From a virus (taxonomy: Duplodnaviria; Heunggongvirae; Uroviricota; Caudoviricetes): a stretch of 64,000 nt of DNA. Both the position numbers and the translations under genes were made by a program. Position 1 is the first letter of the stretch. Each line of letters starts with the position of its first letter. The stretch is from IMG/VR virus record IMGVR_UViG_3300042484_002423. One strand, written 5' to 3'. Positions 59,941-64,000 of this stretch are shown here, one piece after another. The notes beneath the pieces are model-generated. The model was not told the origin of the DNA, searched no databases, and saw nothing but the letters and a program-made list of their open reading frames with translations.

Positions 59941-60738
59941 TTACTTGGGCATCATGAGTGCGTTGAAGTTGCTGGGCACCACAATGGTCTGTACTTGGCC
60001 GTTCTTGATACCTTCGGAGATGTTCAACATGGCCTGCGCCTGCATAAATGCAATACTTGCACCTGAGTTGTTGGCCAATGCTGCCATACGACGCGATTCA
60101 GCTTCGGCAGTCTTAACTTCAACTTCCTTCTGTTTCAATTCGTTTTTACTACGAACCAATGCGTTGGCACTCTCAACAACAGTATCACTTGGCACAACAT
60201 TGCGAATCATAACCTGACTGATTACGATGGAACCGTCCAACTTTTCTTCAGCAAGGTTGCGAACAATTTCTTCCTTGATGTAGTTTTCCATGTCAGTGCG
60301 ATTGTCTGCCATGTCCAATGCTTCGTATTTTCGTGCAGCCTTGTAGATAGCATTACGAGCATTTTGAACCACATAGTTGTACATCACATAGGTATCGCCT
60401 TTGAACTCGGCATGAAAGCTCTTGTTCTTGGTTGAGTACAATTCGGCAACATTCTGTGAGTTGATGTTGTAAACAACCACAGCATCAAAGTCTTTCATTG
60501 TGCTGTTATCTTTGGCCACGGGAGTCATATTCTCCAAGACCACATTAACATCCTTGACAGGGAATGTAAGCACATCACCGATCAAAGTTTGATTAAAAGA
60601 GCCTGGCAGCAACTCGCCGCTCTGTACCTGTTTGTCAAAGCCCACACGCACACCAACCTCGCCAGTCTCAATACGAGTACAGGCACTTGTCAAAGCCACG
60701 GCCGCAGCCACGATAGAAAGTTTAATAACACGATTCAT
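59941..60738 (-). CDS. SPFH/band-7 (prohibitin/HflC-like) lipoprotein.
   Basis: A lipoprotein signal is present (LSIVAAAVALTSAC). A band-7 domain-like region and a C-terminal coiled coil (KNELKQKEVEVKTAEAESRRMAAL) are present. Confidence 0.5.
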   Translation of the reverse strand: MNRVIKLSIVAAAVALTSACTRIETGEVGVRVGFDKQVQSGELLPGSFNQTLIGDVLTFPVKDVNVVLENMTPVAKDNSTMKDFDAVVVYNINSQNVAELYSTKNKSFHAEFKGDTYVMYNYVVQNARNAIYKAARKYEALDMADNRTDMENYIKEEIVRNLAEEKLDGSIVISQVMIRNVVPSDTVVESANALVRSKNELKQKEVEVKTAEAESRRMAALANNSGASIAFMQAQAMLNISEGIKNGQVQTIVVPSNFNALMMPK

Positions 60739-60834
60739 TCAGATAACTCCAGTAGAAAAAAGATAAAAACACACAGCAAAACCCAGGGCAAAGTACAAGG
60801 GCCTGAGCCAACGATCATTGATCATAAGATTCCT

Positions 60835-61011
60835 TTAAAAAACAACCACAAACCCAGCCAGTAGCACAACTGCCGCCAGTGAACACATTGTAGCATAGAC
60901 AACTAATTTTGTCAACTGCCATTGCTCTTTGCCGCTCATTTGGCGCACAGCCATGATACCAAAGCCAACTGCGGCACTCAGTATCAACCACATTGTAAAC
61001 ATTTTAACCAT
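60835..61011 (-). CDS. Small two-TM membrane protein (58 aa). The start is trimmed from the GTG at 61191 to the ATG at 61011.
   Basis: The GTG start would overlap the VWA gene by 164 nt. An in-frame ATG at 61011 begins the hydrophobic part MVKMFTMWLILSAAVGFGIMAV... Confidence 0.4.
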   Translation of the reverse strand: MVKMFTMWLILSAAVGFGIMAVRQMSGKEQWQLTKLVVYATMCSLAAVVLLAGFVVVF

Positions 61012-61027
61012 TTTTGGCACTCCTGTA

Positions 61028-62338
61028 TCAGTTGGATTCTTCTTCGTAGTAGGCGTGTTGACCCCAGGGTGGAACAATTGTGGTAGTACCATGCAAGATC
61101 CACACAGTGTCAGTGTAGTTTTCATCGCCCCATGAACCAAACGGATAACCGTCAGTGAAAACCACAAGGCGCTTGGGTTCAATCTCTTCACGCTTCAAGT
61201 AATCAAAGATGCAAGTAAAATCAGTACCACCGCCACCTGACACTTCATAATCGCAGATACTATCCAAGTTGTCTGAATTGTACTGTGCTGGATTGTAAGC
61301 TTCAGTGTCAAAAGTAAACACATGGATCTTGTACGCAGGGAACGAGTCCATGATGCCTTGAATTTCACCAAGGAAGTCTTTGAGCATGTCGCCGCTGATA
61401 CTACCAGATGCATCCAACGCCACAGCAATATCAATCATGGGCTCAACTTGCATGCCGGGCATTACAGCATCCATGTGCCAACCGCGTCGGCTGGCTCGCA
61501 TCCAGGTGTAGTCACTCTTGATAGTGCTTTCCAGTTGCATACGCAACAGCTCACGCCAGTTCAGTTTAGGCTCAGTGAGCTCTTGAATCAGGCGCTTGAC
61601 ACCAGCAGGGATGTTGCCGGCACCGTCAACAGTTTGAGCAGCAGCCAACATGGCTTCTTTGATCTCATCCTTGATGGCCTGGCGATCAGCATCACTTAGC
61701 TTGGGACGACCCTTGCCTTTACCGTTGCCGTCGATTTCTTCTCCATCACCATCGCCTTCACCGTCCAAGTGCTCATCGATCAACTTGTCCAGCAAGTCGC
61801 TCATGGAAATCTTTTGTGCATTTTCCATCAGCTTGTCGTAGATCTCTTCTGAACTCAAGCCATCATACTTGGTATCATGCAAGCAGGGCACAGTGGTAAT
61901 CTTTTCACCAACACGGTGCTTGACTAGGTCGGCGTTAACACAGAAGTCGTTTGCAATATTCCAGATCTGCGGATCACGCGAACCACGACGACCAAAGTGA
62001 TCATAAACACAGTGCAACACCTCGTGTCCAAACAAGAACTCAATCTCTTTGGGTCGCAGCATCTGAATGAAGCGGCTATTGTAGTAAAAGTGACGACCGT
62101 CTGTGGCAGCAGTACCGCACCATTCGTCTGCGTTCACCAACTTGAGACGAGTAGCAAGATTACCAAAGAAGCTGGCTTTCAGCAACAGACCCACACGAGC
62201 AGTAATCAGTTTTTCGCGCACCTCGCGATCAACTTTGGGATCCATTTTGCCCAGCAGGTTGGCAAACTTCTTTTTATCTTCTTTGGTTGCAGTAGTGCCA
62301 GCAGTGGCATGCAGAACATCAGGGTTAAAATATTGCAT
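61028..62338 (-). CDS. VWA-domain protein with an N-terminal putative metallopeptidase domain (HExxH), the CoxE/DUF2201-like partner of MoxR ATPases.
   Basis: HEVLHCVYDHFGRRGSRD carries a HExxH motif. The VWA MIDAS motif is IDIAVALDASGSISG...VFTFDTE. An acidic Gly/Asp/Glu linker is present. Confidence 0.6.
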   Translation of the reverse strand: MQYFNPDVLHATAGTTATKEDKKKFANLLGKMDPKVDREVREKLITARVGLLLKASFFGNLATRLKLVNADEWCGTAATDGRHFYYNSRFIQMLRPKEIEFLFGHEVLHCVYDHFGRRGSRDPQIWNIANDFCVNADLVKHRVGEKITTVPCLHDTKYDGLSSEEIYDKLMENAQKISMSDLLDKLIDEHLDGEGDGDGEEIDGNGKGKGRPKLSDADRQAIKDEIKEAMLAAAQTVDGAGNIPAGVKRLIQELTEPKLNWRELLRMQLESTIKSDYTWMRASRRGWHMDAVMPGMQVEPMIDIAVALDASGSISGDMLKDFLGEIQGIMDSFPAYKIHVFTFDTEAYNPAQYNSDNLDSICDYEVSGGGGTDFTCIFDYLKREEIEPKRLVVFTDGYPFGSWGDENYTDTVWILHGTTTIVPPWGQHAYYEEESN

Positions 62339-62364
62339 GTGGGTCCTTTGTTGTTTATATGTAT

Positions 62365-62393
62365 ATTATAGCAGATCGGGAATTATTGGCCAA
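62365..62393 (-). promoter_or_regulatory. Sigma70-like promoter (minus strand): -35 TTGGCC, 17-nt spacer, extended -10 TGCTATAAT, upstream of the VWA gene. It contains the 16-nt element GATCTGCTATAATATA, which is duplicated at 62685-62700.
   Basis: The hexamers and spacing are seen directly. An AAAGGA RBS follows, then the ATG at 62338. Confidence 0.45.
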
Positions 62394-62664
62394 GTGTTTC
62401 GTTACGCAGTGCATGCCACACTTTGGGATCTGTGCCCAAGTAGATGCGATACTTGAAATAGTCACGCCAGCGAGTGATGCGTTTGACAGCCCGTTCAATC
62501 TGGTCAAACATTGATGAACGGAACCAAAAAGGATTCACAATGCCCACGATCAACATCAATATCACAGGCAAGATTGTAACTGAAACAAATACCCAATGAA
62601 AGGTCATTGCACGAACATAGTTTCCACCATTGCGTGTGAGTGTGATCTGATCAACCTTCTTCAT
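62383..62664 (-). CDS. Small membrane protein (93 aa).
   Basis: ATG start. One hydrophobic helix (VFVSVTILPVILMLIVGIV). Its own copy of the promoter element lies upstream. Confidence 0.45.
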   Translation of the reverse strand: MKKVDQITLTRNGGNYVRAMTFHWVFVSVTILPVILMLIVGIVNPFWFRSSMFDQIERAVKRITRWRDYFKYRIYLGTDPKVWHALRNETLGQ

Positions 62665-62687
62665 TGGATTTCCTTTGCTGTACCTAT

Positions 62688-62716
62688 ATTATAGCAGATC
62701 TTGAATATTCCACCAA
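62688..62716 (-). promoter_or_regulatory. Second copy of the sigma70-like promoter: -35 TTGGTG, 17-nt spacer, TGCTATAAT.
   Basis: The identical 16-nt core GATCTGCTATAATATA is present. AAAGGAAA RBS. ATG at 62664. Confidence 0.45.
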
Positions 62717-62719
62717 GAA

Positions 62720-63022
62720 TTAATTTTGTACTACTTGAGTATTACCTTTTATGTAACGCAAAATGAACCAACTTTGCGCGGCCTCGCTATAGAAATCCAA
62801 GTGCACCTGGTCCTCACAATATTTGCGTTCACGATCTCCAGACCGATCAAACACAATCCACTCCTGATGGAATCGGTATGTAAAACCTAGCTCTCTTCGC
62901 AGTCGAGTACGCACAGCCATGCCCATGCCATAGTCCTTGAGAATAAGAGCATAGATGTCACTCCACTCACCGGGCTTATGGAAGATTATTAAATTCTTTT
63001 TTATTGTGACTTTGGATGACAT
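62720..63022 (-). CDS. Hypothetical protein (~100 aa). ATG at 63022. Track start TTG at 63034.
   Basis: An in-frame ATG precedes MSSKVTIKK. Confidence 0.4.
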   Translation of the reverse strand: MSSKVTIKKNLIIFHKPGEWSDIYALILKDYGMGMAVRTRLRRELGFTYRFHQEWIVFDRSGDRERKYCEDQVHLDFYSEAAQSWFILRYIKGNTQVVQN

Positions 63023-63330
63023 AGCATGAACCAACTTAGTGTTTTGTCGTCAACAACATATATTCGATAGTCACCGTATTTGACACAGTACGCCCACACA
63101 GGATTGATGTCATTGTCTTGGTAGAGTTTGTTGTTGATTCGTTTGTTTTGCAACATACGATCACGAGTCTCAACGTCTTGACTCCACCCAAACTGAGCAT
63201 TAAACCAACGTCGACAACGATCAAAGTCCAACACGCCAGTGCCAGATTGGGCGCTTTTTGAAAACTGAATCAGATACTTGTAGCCGTAATCGGTGTATCG
63301 GCCATCCATCTGGATTGTCTTGTAATGCAT
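63001..63330 (-). CDS. Hypothetical protein (~109 aa). ATG at 63330. The track TTG start at 63348 lies inside the terminator hairpin.
   Basis: An in-frame ATG precedes MHYKTIQMDGRY. Confidence 0.4.
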   Translation of the reverse strand: MHYKTIQMDGRYTDYGYKYLIQFSKSAQSGTGVLDFDRCRRWFNAQFGWSQDVETRDRMLQNKRINNKLYQDNDINPVWAYCVKYGDYRIYVVDDKTLSWFMLCHPKSQ

Positions 63331-63337
63331 AGTTGAA

Positions 63338-63357
63338 AAGGGGGCCAAAGCCCCCTT
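63338..63357 (-). terminator. Intrinsic terminator on the minus strand: GC-rich stem AAGGGGGC / GCCCCCTT with a 4-nt loop, followed by TTTT.
   Basis: A perfect 8-bp GC-rich inverted repeat. The minus-strand reading gives the stem followed by UUUUCAACU. It lies between the MoxR-like gene stop (63370) and the next gene. Confidence 0.6.
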
Positions 63358-63369
63358 GTCATTTACTTA

Positions 63370-64000
63370 TCAGGTACTGGCCTGCAGGATGTACTTGCCA
63401 AAGCGTTGGTGGAACTCGTCAAAGTTCTTGAGCTTGGTAGGCATAAAGGGCAGATCGTACGTGGTTAGCGCAATTCGTGCACCCATAACCGTAAGCTCAG
63501 TCTCAAAGTTCTTCATCATGTAGCCCAGGAAGTTGTCAGCCATTTCATGGAACTTGCTGTCTGCCGCTTTGTTTTCAACAGCAGCCTTGAGCTCGTAGCA
63601 CATGGAGATCACCAAGCTGTACATGGCACTGACTTCTTTGACGTTGAGATCCTTGACTTTGCCAGAAAGAATGTCAGCAGGGTTAGGCATTCTGCTGGCA
63701 ATTTTGCGGTGTGCCATGAACTTCACAGCAAGGCCCTCGCCCACAGTACCTGCAATCAAGTTGGTCAGGGTGTCATCATCTACAGCTTCGTCACCAACCA
63801 GCTCGCTCACAAAGCTCCACGAACGCGGAGTAGCGAACGCACGGCTTGCACTCTTGGCATCAAAGTCGTACAGATCCTGCTTGGCAAAGCTTAAGTAACC
63901 TACAACGTCCTTGTGGATCTTGTTGTTAACTGCCCACTCTTGCCAAGATGCAAAGTCCACCTTCATCTCTTGGTGCAGGAAACGATTTGCCAGTGGAGTA
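63370..64000 (-). CDS. MoxR-like AAA+ ATPase, C-terminal part only. The ORF is open through the window end, so the N-terminus lies outside the window.
   Basis: The frame continues in-frame upstream of the M at 63966 to position 64000 with no stop. The segment ATPRSWSFVSELVGDEAVDDDTLTNLIAGTVGEGLAVKFMAHR resembles the MoxR/AAA_3 C-terminal lid (SPRA...GRDYV.PDDV...L.HR). It is a neighbour of the VWA protein. Confidence 0.4.
   Translation of the reverse strand, partial: TPLANRFLHQEMKVDFASWQEWAVNNKIHKDVVGYLSFAKQDLYDFDAKSASRAFATPRSWSFVSELVGDEAVDDDTLTNLIAGTVGEGLAVKFMAHRKIASRMPNPADILSGKVKDLNVKEVSAMYSLVISMCYELKAAVENKAADSKFHEMADNFLGYMMKNFETELTVMGARIALTTYDLPFMPTKLKNFDEFHQRFGKYILQAST

Noticed and set aside
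60835-61191. 118-aa version of the small membrane protein with a GTG start overlapping the VWA gene by 164 nt
   Set aside because: An in-frame ATG at 61011 begins exactly at the hydrophobic region and removes the overlap. The long GTG-initiated N-terminus is probably not translated.
35097-63348. Apparent long gene overlaps and odd starts in the ORF track (35097, 35906, 37178, 38538, 43842, 44842, 46133, 49880, 55473, 56754, 57984, 61191, 63034, 63348)
   Set aside because: Inspection shows these track starts are GTG or TTG codons translated as M. In most cases a nearby in-frame ATG gives an ATGA or short overlap typical of the locus, so the long overlaps are annotation artefacts rather than biology.

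Overview
This window reads as a contiguous stretch of a large tailed-phage genome, probably a contractile-tail myovirus-like phage. Genes are tightly packed, many start/stop codons overlap (ATGA), and there are many small ORFs. From left to right it contains:

- **1-672 (-):** a 3'-truncated ORF absent from the ORF track, with a PRSGT P-loop (sulfotransferase-like).
- **683-1582 (-):** a T4 gp55-like late sigma factor gene, driven by a near-consensus sigma70-type promoter.
- **1697-34027 (+):** a tail/baseplate structural module in P2/Mu-like order. It comprises a repeat-rich tape-measure-like protein, a LysM-like tail protein X, a hub-like protein, a gp5/gpV-like beta-helical central spike, a gp25/gpW-like protein, a gp6/gpJ-like protein, a giant 4916-aa fibre/baseplate protein carrying a seven-blade FG-GAP-type beta-propeller, and two tail-fibre-like proteins. 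T4-late-promoter-like TATAAATA boxes accompany the module.
- **34083-56386:** a ~22-kb glycan-modification island, the most unusual part. It holds five paralogous radical-SAM enzymes (CX3CX2C plus GGEPL motifs, with a shared N-terminal 4-Cys domain), four paralogous GT10 (fucosyltransferase)-like glycosyltransferases, two GT-A-like (DxD) paralogs, a W-rich repeat protein with a GT2-like C-terminus, a NodU/CmcH-type carbamoyltransferase, a glycine-amidinotransferase-like enzyme, a DegT/StrS-type aminotransferase and an SDR epimerase/dehydratase.
- **56383-64000 (-):** a minus-strand block with thyX, several small membrane proteins, an SPFH/band-7 lipoprotein, a VWA plus HExxH metallopeptidase-domain protein and a truncated MoxR-like AAA+ ATPase. 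Duplicated extended -10 sigma70-like promoters and a canonical terminator lie in this block.

The ORF track uses GTG/TTG starts in several places, so I adjusted a number of starts to in-frame ATGs. I cannot detect tRNAs reliably by eye, and no CRISPR array is present.
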